A DNA stretch of 64,000 nucleotides, taken from Octopus vulgaris. Lineage: Eukaryota. Location: assembly GCA_951406725.2 (NCBI GenBank), contig OX597819.1:60636001-60700000 (forward strand). The letters run 5' to 3'. The notes under the pieces were generated by a model. The model ran no database searches. It was not told where the DNA came from and worked only from the letters and a program-made list of their open reading frames with translations. The stretch's first letter is position 1. Each line of letters opens with the position of its first letter. Of the stretch, positions 52,213-64,000 are shown piece after piece. Position numbers and translations under genes: made by a program.

Positions 52213-54334
52213 ATATATATAATAATAATACACACAATGAAGGGGTGTGTGGGTAAATTCATATCAGTTTTATATCTATGGATTTGTAAAACTAATTATC
52301 CTTATTATTGTTGTCATTATTGTCATCGTTATTATTACCATTGTCATCATTGTTGTTTAATGTCCACTCTTCCATGCGTGTATGAATCAGACAGAATTTG
52401 TTGAGGCAAAATTTCTAGTCAAGATGCTCTCCCTGTTGCTAACCTTCACTCGCTTCCACTGTTTGGAGAAGTTTGCATGGAAGAATAAAAACAAACAATA
52501 ACACTTGTGTGACAGTGATACATGTTTAAACTTGTTTAAAGGGGAAATCTTCAAGGAACACCCCACTCATATGTTCTATGACTACCATGGAGAAAGTTAT
52601 CTACAATCTACTGGTTTCCTATCCAAGGAAAGATTTTTTTGTAACTTGAAGATTTCAGTGGTGTGATTGTTTGTTATTAGAATGACATTATACAGGGTAA
52701 GTGTCAGGAGCTGAAGTAAGTTACAAGATAATACATGACTAATTCAAGACAACAACAACAACCACCACCACCACCACCACCACCACCACCAACAACAACA
52801 CCCCCACCATCATCATCCCTACCACCATCTTCACCATCAATTTAACATCTTTTTTTCTATGCTGGCATGGGTTAGACATTTGAAAACCCTATCAGCATTA
52901 GCTGCTGCAACCAGGATTCTAACCTGGGTTACCATGGCCGCAATGTGAGGTTTTAACCATGAGACGATCACAGCTGTCAGCCTCTATATTGTATAATACA
53001 ATGTGATTAAATTAGCTTTATATTTGACAGAATAATCTGAATGCTAAAGGGTTAATTAATTGTTGATGTTGTTGTTATTGTGTAATCACATTTGATCAAC
53101 ACCCTGGCTACGGTTATTTTATACTCCATGTAAGGCACACTGCCCTAAATAACTTTTAAGTATAAAATAAAAACACGTGATTCCTACTTGAGCTGGTACA
53201 GAAACTCCTACACTCGTTTACATTTTTGTAGTTGTTGTTATTACAGATGTTAAAGAAAAGTTTCCTGTAACCTTTCTTTAGCATTAATATCCTGAAATCC
53301 TTAATATTTTGAATTATTTTCTCTAATTAATCCCTGAACTTAACTGACATTCTGTTTTCCAATATAAATTCCTTATTAAGCAATCTTTCAGAATAACTGC
53401 ATCCTCCCTACCATTTTTCTCCTTCTGCTTTCTGTCACTACAACACAGAAATGGTATTTTGGCATTAGTACAAAGACATTTTTTCATTGATATCTTTGTT
53501 AGTATCTAAAATATCCTGTTTGTTTTCTGTTTTCTCTTTGGAATCTTCATATTCTATCACTGTTCCTGTTGACTGTAATTTATCCTTTAATTTCTTTTCT
53601 TATTCATCATTTGATTTCCATTTTTTTTTTGCGATGTTTTTAATTGAAAAACCTGGAGAAAGGGGTCATGTCCTTTGCTTTTGCAGGCCCTCTAAGACCA
53701 GTGAAATCAATTCATGATTCTCTTGGATAATTGCAAGTTGATAGCTGCAGGAAAAACATGGGCAGATAGAATATTTGTGTGTGAAGAGTGGTCAGTGCAA
53801 GTCCTGAGCACATAGTAGTATTTCTTATCTACTGACCAAACAACAGTGCTTGTTAGGGGTTAACCTTTTTAAGACCACCTTCGATCTAACAATACAAATT
53901 CCCTGTTATTAATTGATTTAAATTAAAACCTTTCCTCAAAATCTTATTTTATTTATGTTCTGAACATCAGCTTAATAATCTTTTCTACTATAGGCACAGG
54001 GCTTGGATTTGATGGAGAGAGGGCCAGTCGATTAGATCAACTCCAGTATGCAACAAGTACTTAATTTATTGACCCTGAAGGGCTGAAAGGCAAAGTTGAC
54101 CTCGAAGGAATTTGAACTCAGAACATAGCAGCAGATGAAATACTGCTAAGCATTCACCCAGCATGCTTATGATTCTGTCAGCTTGCTACATTACACCAGC
54201 TTAATAATGAAAAAGTTATCTTACTAATATTTTATTTTCAAAATTAATTGAAATAAAGGCAGTGTATTCCAAGAGAAATATAGTAAGGAAAGGATTAATG
54301 TTGTAGTAATAGATGTGGTTATAATAAATGCTTT

Positions 54335-54590
54335 GATGATTCAATGACTAATCATCATCATTTGGTGGGCTTCAACAACCAATCCCAACCCATGATTGAC
54401 TTCCATACCGTTCAATCATTCATCGCAACTCCAAGTTTGTTGATGGCAATTCCTGAGTTGCATGCAATGACATCTAGAGAAGTGAGTTTTCTCACAGAGA
54501 CTCTTTACGTCAGCCTCCACAAGAGGAGGGATGAAACAATCTTCTTGTCTGCTTGATAATAGTGACCAGAATGCGTTTTCATATTTTCAT
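54335..54590 (-). mobile_element. RTE/RTE-X LINE 3' fragment
   Basis: Minus strand SGHYYQADKKIVSSLLLWR...RKLTSLDVIACNSGIAINKLGVAMND*TVWKSI, ending in TGATGAT. Confidence 0.6.
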
Positions 54591-56045
54591 ATTTTCAACA
54601 TGGCTGTGTTATAAAGAAGTTCACATCACAATCTTCTGGTTTCAAGGACACAAGCATGGCTGGAAATATAAGCAGTCTACATCATGGTGTAGTGGAATTG
54701 ACTCCAATATGATGCGATTGTATATCTTAACTTCATAGTCACCTTGTTTTGGATTCAATCCTGCTGCATGTCACTTTACATAAGTGTTTTCTACAATAGC
54801 CTTGAGTTGATCATAACCATACAACTGCAAAAACCATGAGGTTGAGAAGCAACCATCTAACCACACAACCATTTCTGTGCCTATTCATATTCATAGCTTA
54901 TCTTTCTGTCTACTCTGAGTAGCTAATTAGCAAGTCATCATTTCTTTTTCTTTTGAAGGTAATATTACAAATTAGAAATGCATTTGTGCAAAAAGAAACA
55001 AAAAATGCGTTTGTGCAAAAAGAAACAAAAAATCCTTCAAGATCTAACATCTCCCACTTTCATTGTTCCATAATCTGTTTATATATTAGCACTAAAAACA
55101 GAAAAAAACCCCAACCCATTTTGTTTCTTTGCTTTGATATGATAACTGGGTTATCTTTGAAGTGCTTCTCATCAACTGCCTCAGTAAACATGTCAGTCTG
55201 CTAACCTTAACTAATGTACAATAAAATATTCTTTTCTACTGTAGGCACAAGGCCTGAATTTTAGGGGAGGGGGCAGTCGATTAGATCAACCCCAGTATGC
55301 AACTGGTACTTAATTTATTGACCCTGAAAGGATGAAAGGCAAATTTGAACTCAGAATGTAAAGGCAGACGAAATACCTATTTCTTTACTACCCACAAGCG
55401 GCTAAACACAGAGGAGACAAACAAAGACAGACAGACGGATGAAGTCGATTATATCGACCCTAGTGCGTAACTGGTACTTATTTAATCGACCCCGAAAAGA
55501 TGAAAGGCAAAGTCAACCTTGGCGGAATATGAACTCAGAACGTAGCGGCAGGCGAAATACCGCTAAGCATTTTGCCAAGTGTGCTAACGTTTCTTATTTC
55601 TTTATTGCCCACAAGGTGCTAAACATAGAGGGGACAAACAACGTTTCTGCCAACATCACCACAACCATCACAACCACCACCACCTTCATGATGGTAATGT
55701 TCATGTCTGCTTTTCCCCCATGCTGTCATGGGTTGGACAAGATTTCTTGAGGCAGTACTCTATGGATGGACACCCACTCCGGTGTACTGATGCTAGCATG
55801 TTGAAAATGTGAGAAATGAGATGTACTGTACAGCATTGTTTTGCATCTATTTTCTGTGCTGGTATGTGTTATATGGGTCAATATAATTTGAGTCAGTTCC
55901 TTTTTGGAGCTACTATTTTCTTTAGTATGGCAATAAGACCAAGCCTCAAGTGTCTGTTTTCCATTTTGACATGATTTTTACTGCTACTTATGTGGGATGT
56001 AAACAAACATCACTGCTGGTGTCTCAGTGAAGGGATGCAAAGTCA

Positions 56046-56098
<53 letters not shown>

Positions 56099-56789
56099 TA
56101 CATACATACATACATACAAACACACACGCAGGCTTCCTGTTATCCATATTTCACTCACAAGGTATTGTCCAATGTGCCACATAGTGAAATTGAATCCAGC
56201 CGTTTAGAATGGTGTCAGAATGTGATTTGAGGAAGATTTGGTTGCTATTTCTAGCAGGCAGGATGACCACATAGAGAGTCCATTTGTTGCCTCATCAGGA
56301 TAATGAGGGCTAAAGGCTAATTTAGGGCACACTATTAGTGGCATATCAATACAGTGATGGGGACAGAACAGTGGGAACAAAACTAATCCAAGAAGTATTA
56401 TTGCTTCATATCTTCATATTCTATCTGGTAAGGAACCAAATTCAAAAGAACTTATAATTCCCGCTTCCTCTTGGTAAACCATTTTGGCAGTGTAGCTTTC
56501 CATTTCATATCCTGTAAACAATATAAGGCATTAAATTGCCATTGGTGTAATATTTCTGGTACTTCCTCTGTTCTAAAAAAGAAATAAAAATCCTCTGGGA
56601 AGCAATTACAATTATTGCACAAGAACTGGTTCCATGTGCGACAGAAATTTCACGAGCTGATCATTGCAGAAATATTGTGGAGTCAGGTTCTTGCATCACA
56701 ACTAGATTCCTTATGGTGCAGCAAGTCTTCATTGAATGTATAGAAGATTGGTACTGACTAGGAAGGTGGGGGAGGGGTTGAATATATGA

Positions 56790-57240
56790 AAGAAGAAGAA
56801 GAAGAAGAATTGAAGAAGAAGAATTAAAGAAGAAGAAGAAGAAGAAGAAGAAGAAGAAGAAGAAGAAGAAGAAGAATTAAAGCAGAAGAAGAAGAAGAAG
56901 AAGAATTAAAGAAGAAGAAGAAGAAGAAGAAGAAGAAGAAGAAGAAGAAGAAGAATTAAAGAAGAAGAAGAAGAAGAAGAAGAAGAAGAAGAAGAAGAAA
57001 TGGAATGTGAAGGGTAAAGGAAAAATATATAAAGGAGGGGAAAGACCAAAAGGGAAGGAGAAATAGGGATAAAACAACAAGAAGATGAACGAAGAAAGAA
57101 GAGATAGGAATAAAAGGAAGAAGAAGAGAAATGAGACAAGAAGAAGAAATAGAAAAGAGTGAGAAGAGGAGAAATAATAAGAAAGAAGAGATAGTAAAAA
57201 AGAAAGAAAATGAAAAAGAAAAAAGTAAAGAAGAAAAAGA
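56790..57240 (+). repeat. (GAA)n microsatellite and adjacent purine-rich tract
   Basis: About 210 bp of (GAA)n interrupted by GAATTAAA, followed by about 240 bp of strongly purine-biased sequence. Confidence 0.95.
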
Positions 57241-57841
57241 GCTGGTCTCCAACACTTTTTTCTGCAAAATAGGGGTAGCTTATCCTGTTCAGGCTATATT
57301 ATTAGCATTGTCCTGCGTTTGAGGATTTAAAATCACTTCTTTAACTTTCTAAGACATCTCAACGCTTCTAAAGCAAACTTTGTTTGTTTACGTTCATCAT
57401 AATTTGAATATAAAAAAAATTAAAACTGAAGTGAACTACAGCCAGTGTATATGTTTTTTTGGCAATATGACCCTACCAAAATACACCAAAAGTAATAATA
57501 GAGAAACAGAAAGAGAATGAACAAGGCAGACAAAGAAAGAAATTTGTATAAATTATATGAAATTACAGTAATATGTCTGTAGTCTGGCTATGAAGTTAGG
57601 TTCTGTGGTTATACTACATGGCTTTTTGACACCTCAGAATGTGGAATGAACAAACTGGCTTCATTATCTTTATAGCTCATCAAGATTTACTTAGTGTTTC
57701 CTCCTGAGTTGTGAAACATTAGTAGCAGAGAGTTCTTATCAGAAATTCTCTGCAACAAACACACAGAATGCACACGAGACAAAATATTCATGTATATATA
57801 TTTGTAGAAGGCTAATGACTCAACATTAATAACTACTAAAG

Positions 57842-58005
57842 CAGTGCTCTGCAACAAGTATGCCATGGGACAATGCTAGGTGTGCCGCAGTGTAAACTGA
57901 ATATGATTTTTTTCCCTATACTTTTGGTTATGTTTTTTGGTTCAGGTGTGGTGCTGAATTTTGAAAAAAATATGTGTTGCAAGTGAAAAAGGTTGCAGTG
58001 TACTG
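57842..58005. mobile_element. hAT-type MITE
   Basis: CAGTGCTCTGCAAC...GTTGCAGTGTACTG termini, TSD tactaaag/taataaag. Confidence 0.65.
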
Positions 58006-58230
58006 TAATAAAGCACTGAATTTAAAAGAATGGCTCATGAATGAATGAATGAATGAATGACTGACTGACTGACTGGATGGACAGATGGATGGACGGACGG
58101 ATTAACACACAGACAGATAGATAGATAGAAAGACAGAAAGACAGACAGATAGATAGAAATAGATAGAGAGAGATAGAGATAGAGAGATATAGATAGACAG
58201 AGATGGATAGAGATAAAGATATATATATAT

Positions 58231-58552
58231 CATCATCATCATCATCATTTAGCGTCCGTTCTCCATGCTAGCATGGGTTGGACGGTTCAACTGGGGTCTG
58301 TGAAGCTGGAAGGCTTCATCAGGCCCAGTCAGATCTGGCAGTGTTTCTACGGCTGGATGCCCTTCCTAACGCCAACCACTCCGTGAGTGTAGTGGGTGCT
58401 TTTTACGTGCCACCTGCACAAGTGCCAGACAGAGCTGGCAAACGGCCACGAACGGATGGTGCTTTTACGTGTCACCGGCACGGGGCCAGGCAAGGCTGGC
58501 AACGGACACGAACGGATGGTGCTTTTACGTGCCACCAACACGGGGGCCAGAC
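58231..58552 (-). mobile_element. SINE family B, little diverged
   Basis: (CAT)n then CGTCCGTTCTCCATGCTAGCATGGGTTGGACGG...GGATGCCCTTCCTAACGCCAACCAC; CpGs retained. Confidence 0.85.
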
Positions 58553-59423
58553 ATATATATATATATGAATGAATGAATGAATGACTGACTGACTGGATGG
58601 ATGGATGGATGGATGGACGGATGGATGGACGGACGGACGGATGGACAGACAGACAGACAGATAGATAGAAAGACAGAAAGACAGACAGATAGATAGAAAT
58701 AGATAGAGAGAGAGAGGGAGAGAGATAGAGATAGAGAGATAGAGATAGACAGAGATGGATAGAGATAAAGATATATATATATAGATATATATATAATAGA
58801 TAGAGATAGAAATAGATAGATAATTAGATAGCTCTAGATAGGAATAGAAATAGATAGATAGATAGATAGAGAGAGAGGGAGATAAATATAGATAGATAGA
58901 TAGATAGATAGGCACAAGTGTAGTTGATTTGTTGAGAAGTCTGCTTCCTAACCATGTGGTGCCAGGTTTATTCCCAGAGTGGAACCTTGAACATCAATCT
59001 TCTACTATAGTTCTTGGAAAATCAAAGCCTTGTGAGTATATTTGGTAGGCAGTAACTAAAAGAAGCCTGTCGTATATGTATGTATATGTATATGCAAGTG
59101 TGTGCTTATATGTTTGTGTGTACCTTTGTCTAGGCATCACATGGTGGTTGTAGGGAAGCATCATTGTCATATGATTAATGTTGTTTGTTTCAGTCTTCTG
59201 TGAGTATGTCTGGCCATGGGAGATACTACCTAGCATGGAAACAGTTATGAGTTAGTGACAGGAACGGCATCAGTTGTAGAAAAAAAATCTGTCGCATCAT
59301 AAGCGTAGGAGTGGCTGTGTGGTAAGTAGCTTGCTTACAAACCACATGGTTCCAGGTTCAGTCTCACAAATGAGGCTAGTATAGAATTAAGGGAATTTAT
59401 GCAAGTTGATGGAGAGTTTAAAT

Positions 59424-59771
59424 CAGCGTTTCTCAACCTCTTTACTCTTGCATAACCCTTAAAATAAATTACATGTCTCAAGGAACCCCTGCATAAAAAA
59501 TAAAAAAAATTATATACCATATCTTTCTCATATTTTTTTCATCGTAGTAAATATCAAATATATATGGTTGTTATATTTTTTTGATAACATAATAGGTTAG
59601 ATAGGATGATGTCTATATTACAGTATTACAATAACCAATAATATATTGTGCATGTATAGTAATATTATGATCATGAAATTAGCATTAGCTTATCTCACTC
59701 TTTCTTGCAGAACCCCCAGGAACCTTTTGCAAAATCCTAAGGTTCCAGGGAACCCTGGTTGAAAAACACTG
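59424..59771. mobile_element. hAT-type MITE
   Basis: CAGCGTTTCTCAACC...GGTTGAAAAACACTG termini, TSD gtttaaat/atttaaag. Confidence 0.7.
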
Positions 59772-60649
59772 ATTTAAAGTATCATAGACAGAGAGGAACA
59801 GGTGTCTTACTGTACATGGTTACCCCAGTTGGTAAAGATAGAAGGTGGTGAGATCAAGTGAAGAATCTCTGAATTTTATCTAAAATCAGAAAAGAGATCT
59901 ATATTTATTTGAGGTCAATGCAATCTTGATTACCTATTTAAAAATCAGCAATATATTTTACCCTCATATGTTTTTGTTTTTGGGCCTTATGGGGGAAAAG
60001 TGGCTGAGCTCCTTTTGAGTGTTGGGCCTCATGGAGGCAATGACCAAGACCTTTGGCATGATGTTGTGCTTGAGAAGATCCATCAAAAGCCAAGCAAAAT
60101 CGCAGTCATGGCAGACACCAGTGTCATGCAAATGGCACCCATTACGCTCCTGGAATGGTTGGCATTCAGAAAGGCATCCAGCCATAGAAAACCATACCAA
60201 ATCAGACTGGAGACTAGGGCAGCCTTTCAGCATGCCAGCCCAGTCAAACTGTCTAACCCATGCCTGCGTGGACAATGGATGTTAAATGATGATGGTGATG
60301 CTACCTGTCCCACTTTGTATTAAATTTCTTACATTATACATCTTCCCTGTTTATTTAATAAATATCCTTGTGATATATAACTTCCATGTTTTTAACTTCC
60401 TATTTGGACATTCTTTTCTCTAATGGATTGCATTTTAGACACTTTGCCTATTTTAAGTAAGCATTCAATTATACGTGTTCTTAAAGACAGAACACTATTC
60501 TTAGTCCTTAGTATATTCTATGTTGTATGACACATTAGTCCATCCATGCCTACCATGTCTACCTCTGGGCTGCAAAGGTGGTTTTTCTTTTACAGATACT
60601 TTTTGTAGCAAGGTTGTTTAGTGCAAACTGTCCTCTTTTACTTGGGAAT

Positions 60650-61190
60650 TCGGTGGAATTTGAACTTAGAATGTAAAGACAGACGAAATATTGCGAAGCA
60701 TTTCGCCTGGCGTGCTAACATTTATTTCTTTATTGCCCACAGGGGGCCAAACATAGAGGGGACAAACAAGGACAGACACAGAGATTAAGTTGATTACATC
60801 GACCCCAGTACATGACTGGTACTTAATTTATCGATCCTGAAAGGATGAAAGACAAAGTCGATCTTGGTGGAATTTGAACTCAGAACGTAACGGCAGACGA
60901 AATACCACTAAGCATTTCGCCTGACATGCTAACGTTTCTGCCAGCATGCTGCCTTGCTTTTGAAATAAATATTTTTTTCTACTCTAGGCATAAGGCCCAA
61001 AATTTTTGGGGAGGGGAGGGCAGTCGATTAGATCGACCTTAATATGCAACTGGTACTCAATTTATCTACCCCCGAAAGGAAGAAAGGCAAAGCTAATCTC
61101 AGCGGAATTTGAACGAATGTAAAGACAGACAAAATACTGCTAAGCATTTCCACCCGGTGTGCTAATGTTTCTGCCAGCTCGCTGCCTTGC
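60650..61190 (-). mobile_element. Head-to-tail array of about three family C SINEs (similar arrays 55230-55650 and 30100-30620)
   Basis: Repeated GAATTTGAAC..AGAA.GTAA.G.CAGACGAAATA...AAGCATTTCGCC.G..TGCTAA blocks. Confidence 0.75.
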
Positions 61191-61497
61191 TTTTGAAATA
61201 AATTTTAAGAAAACAAACAGTTCTTACTATATATTTTATTATAAGATTTGAACAAGTAAAAGAATTTACAAAAAGGAAAAAAAACCCAACAACAACAATA
61301 ATAATAATCAATAAATTACACTTTCTTCTGTGTTATCAGCTTTGTGGTGTTATTGTAAGAGAATTACCATGTATATTCCAGAATTTATAATGAGATGATA
61401 CATATTCATGAACTGGAATAAAATTGTAAATGATTGATTAATTAAAAAATAAATGAATAAAAACAGAAAATTAAAAGAAACAATAAATATATGATAT

Positions 61498-62192
61498 ACT
61501 CTTTTACCCACTCTCTTCTACTTGTTTCAGTCATTTGACTGTGGCCATGCTGGAGCACCACATTTAGTCGAGCAAATTGACCCCAGGACTTATTCTTTGT
61601 AAGCCTAGTACTTATTCTATCGGTCTCTTTTGCAGAACCGCAAAATTATGGGGATGTAACACACCAGTATCAGTTGTCAAGCGATGTTGGGGGAACAAAC
61701 ACAGACACACAAACGTATACACACATACATTTATATATATATATATACATATATACGATGGGCTTCTTTCAGTTTCTGTCTACCAAATCCACTCACACGG
61801 CTTTGGTTAGCCCAAGGCTATAGAAGACACTTGCCCAAGGTGCCACGTAGTGAAATAGATGACAGTGGAGGATATGTTATCAAATTTTATTCTAAATATT
61901 ATTGCAACAATGAAACAATATCACTGTGTATTTAAAAACCGCATGGCACTTGGGCAAGTATCTTCTACTATAATCTTGAGTTGACCAAAGCCTTGTGAGT
62001 GGATATGGTAGACAGAAACTGAAAGAAGCCCATCATATGTATATGTGTGTGTGTGTGCCCCACCATTGCTTGACAACCGATATTGGTGTGTTTACGTCCC
62101 TGTAACTTATTGGTTCAGCAAAAGGTACTGATAGGAATAAGGTCTAGGGTTGATTTGTTCAACTAAAGGCAGTGCTCCGAAACAAGTAAAAG
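61498..62192. mobile_element. Two SINE family A copies in opposite orientation (61498-61852 minus; 61940-62192 plus)
   Basis: Match to consensus on each strand. Confidence 0.8.
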
Positions 62193-62373
62193 AAGAAGAA
62201 GAAATGACGCCGACGGCGCCACCGCCGACGAATATGTTTTTATACAAAATTAACATATTAGAATTATAGTAAACAGATTTTTCTTAAATTTTAGGCTCTT
62301 CAACAGATTATCTATTCAATCACAAACTAAGAGTGATTACTAATCCCTGTTCTTGTGAGTATGCCCAGCATTT

Positions 62374-62417
<44 letters not shown>

Positions 62418-64000
62418 CTGCACTTTCTTCAGGTTGGGTAACCATGTATTTCCTTTGCAGTAGCGAACCTATTTCTGTCTTCAGTCCTGATCTCTCTCTC
62501 TGGCCGGGCAACCTTGTACCCCCTCTAAAGCAAGACACCTGTTTCTATCTCACAATAACCTTTCATCATCTGACACAAGAGCACCTCCTCCAATGCCCCC
62601 TCCCCTCTCAAAAGAAATTTTTTTTGTCTTGCAAGTACTTTGTGACCCTGTCAGTGCAGGTGCCACTTAAAAGCACCCAGTCCACACTGTAAAGTGGTTG
62701 GTGTTCAGAAGGGCATCCAGCTGCAAAAACCTTGCCAAAACTGACCTTGCCTGCGCTTGAGCCACGCAAAAAGCACTAAGTCTATTCTGCTGAGTGGTTG
62801 ATTTTAGGAGTGGCATCCAGCTGTAAAAATCGTACCAAAATGATCACAGAAGTCTGGTGCAGCCTTCCGCCTGACTGGCTCTTGTGAAACCGTCCCACCC
62901 ATACCAGCATGGAAGGCGGATGTTAAACGATGGCAATGATGATGAAACTAAAGCCTGGAGTACACCTAGTAACAGATGATCTTGAAGTGATACAACCTGA
63001 TCCCTCAACCACTGTTTCCTATCACTAATGGAATTAATTCTTTAGTACTTAAGCCAGTTTAGCCCTATACATTCTCCTCGTTTTATGTTCAAACTAGCCA
63101 GATCAAGCTTCTCACTCTTACCCTACAATGTCATTCTAAAAATAAACAATCACATCATTGACGATGATGATGATGAAATCTCAAAGCTATGAGATAAGGC
63201 ATGATTAATTCAAAACAATGTGAATAAATAAACATAATATTTGCCAGAATATTAGTACTAAGCTAAAGGATTAAATAAACAGAAATTCAATAAATTTCAG
63301 AGGTAAACAGAAATAAATGATAAATTACCTGTATTTAGTTTACATTTCAATTTTCCTTTCACTTGTACAGATTTTGAATCCACATGACATCCTGACTGTG
63401 TAAAATCATTAATCCGAAATGTGAGCTGACAAAGAGATTAATGGAAATTTGCTTTAATTTTGCAAAATAAATGTGAAAATATAAATTTATAGAATAGAAT
63501 GAATGAATGGATGGAGAGAAAGATAAACATGAGATGAATGTCTTAGTAGCAGTGTGAAGATATAAAAGGATGGTGACTTATGGACATTGATATCATTTTA
63601 ATGTTCACTTTTCCATATTTGCAGGGGTCAGGTGGAGTTTATTGAGGCAGATTTTCTATGGCCAGATGCTCTTCCTGCCACCAACCCTCACCTCTTTCCA
63701 AGGAAAATAATATTTCCCCATGGTTAGACATGTTTCTGCAGGATATTGGAAATTAATGGCACTGCTTGTGTGACAGTGACACTCATTTACAACTATCATA
63801 TCGTTGTCATTTTGCAAAAGTGTTGTAAGTTCAAAACATTGCTTTTTCAGAAAATGAAAAAAATAGTTTTACCATTCCATTTCTTTGTCCATTAGCAACA
63901 GTTTCAGCTTAACAGTAATACTTTGGTGGGTTGTGTAAAATTGTAAACTCCATGAATGTACGAAATTTTCAGTCAGAAATATTTTGCAAAACTGTCATAT

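Noticed and set aside
375-62692. Most ORFs in the supplied track ([18 protein letters not shown], poly-L, poly-M, poly-H and SINE-derived ORFs)
   Set aside because: They are translations of microsatellites or recur in every SINE copy; no splice or domain support

Overview
AT-rich, microsatellite- and transposon-dense eukaryotic DNA; the SINE repertoire and repeat landscape suggest an octopus (coleoid cephalopod) genome, which is an inference. The only supportable host gene is the 3' part of an EF-hand domain protein D (swiprosin-1/EFHD1-2 orthologue) on the + strand. It has three coding exons (30712-30859, 34693-34830, 37449-37580) and a TE-free putative 3' UTR; exon 1 appears to lie upstream of the window. 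Almost all other listed ORFs are artefacts of microsatellites and SINEs. The rest of the window is a layered TE record: at least four SINE families, a full-length but dead DD34E Tc1 element, hAT, piggyBac and Mutator-like MITEs, and fragments of RTE, R4/Dong, Jockey/CR1-group and Penelope retroelements. The most notable signal is a set of minimal type I hammerhead-ribozyme motifs in small Penelope-type elements. One of these is a palindromic element joining a tRNA-derived (Pol III B-box) head to a hammerhead-bearing Penelope-type tail, a candidate Penelope-mobilised SINE. Coordinates of repeats are hand-read and approximate unless termini or TSDs are quoted.
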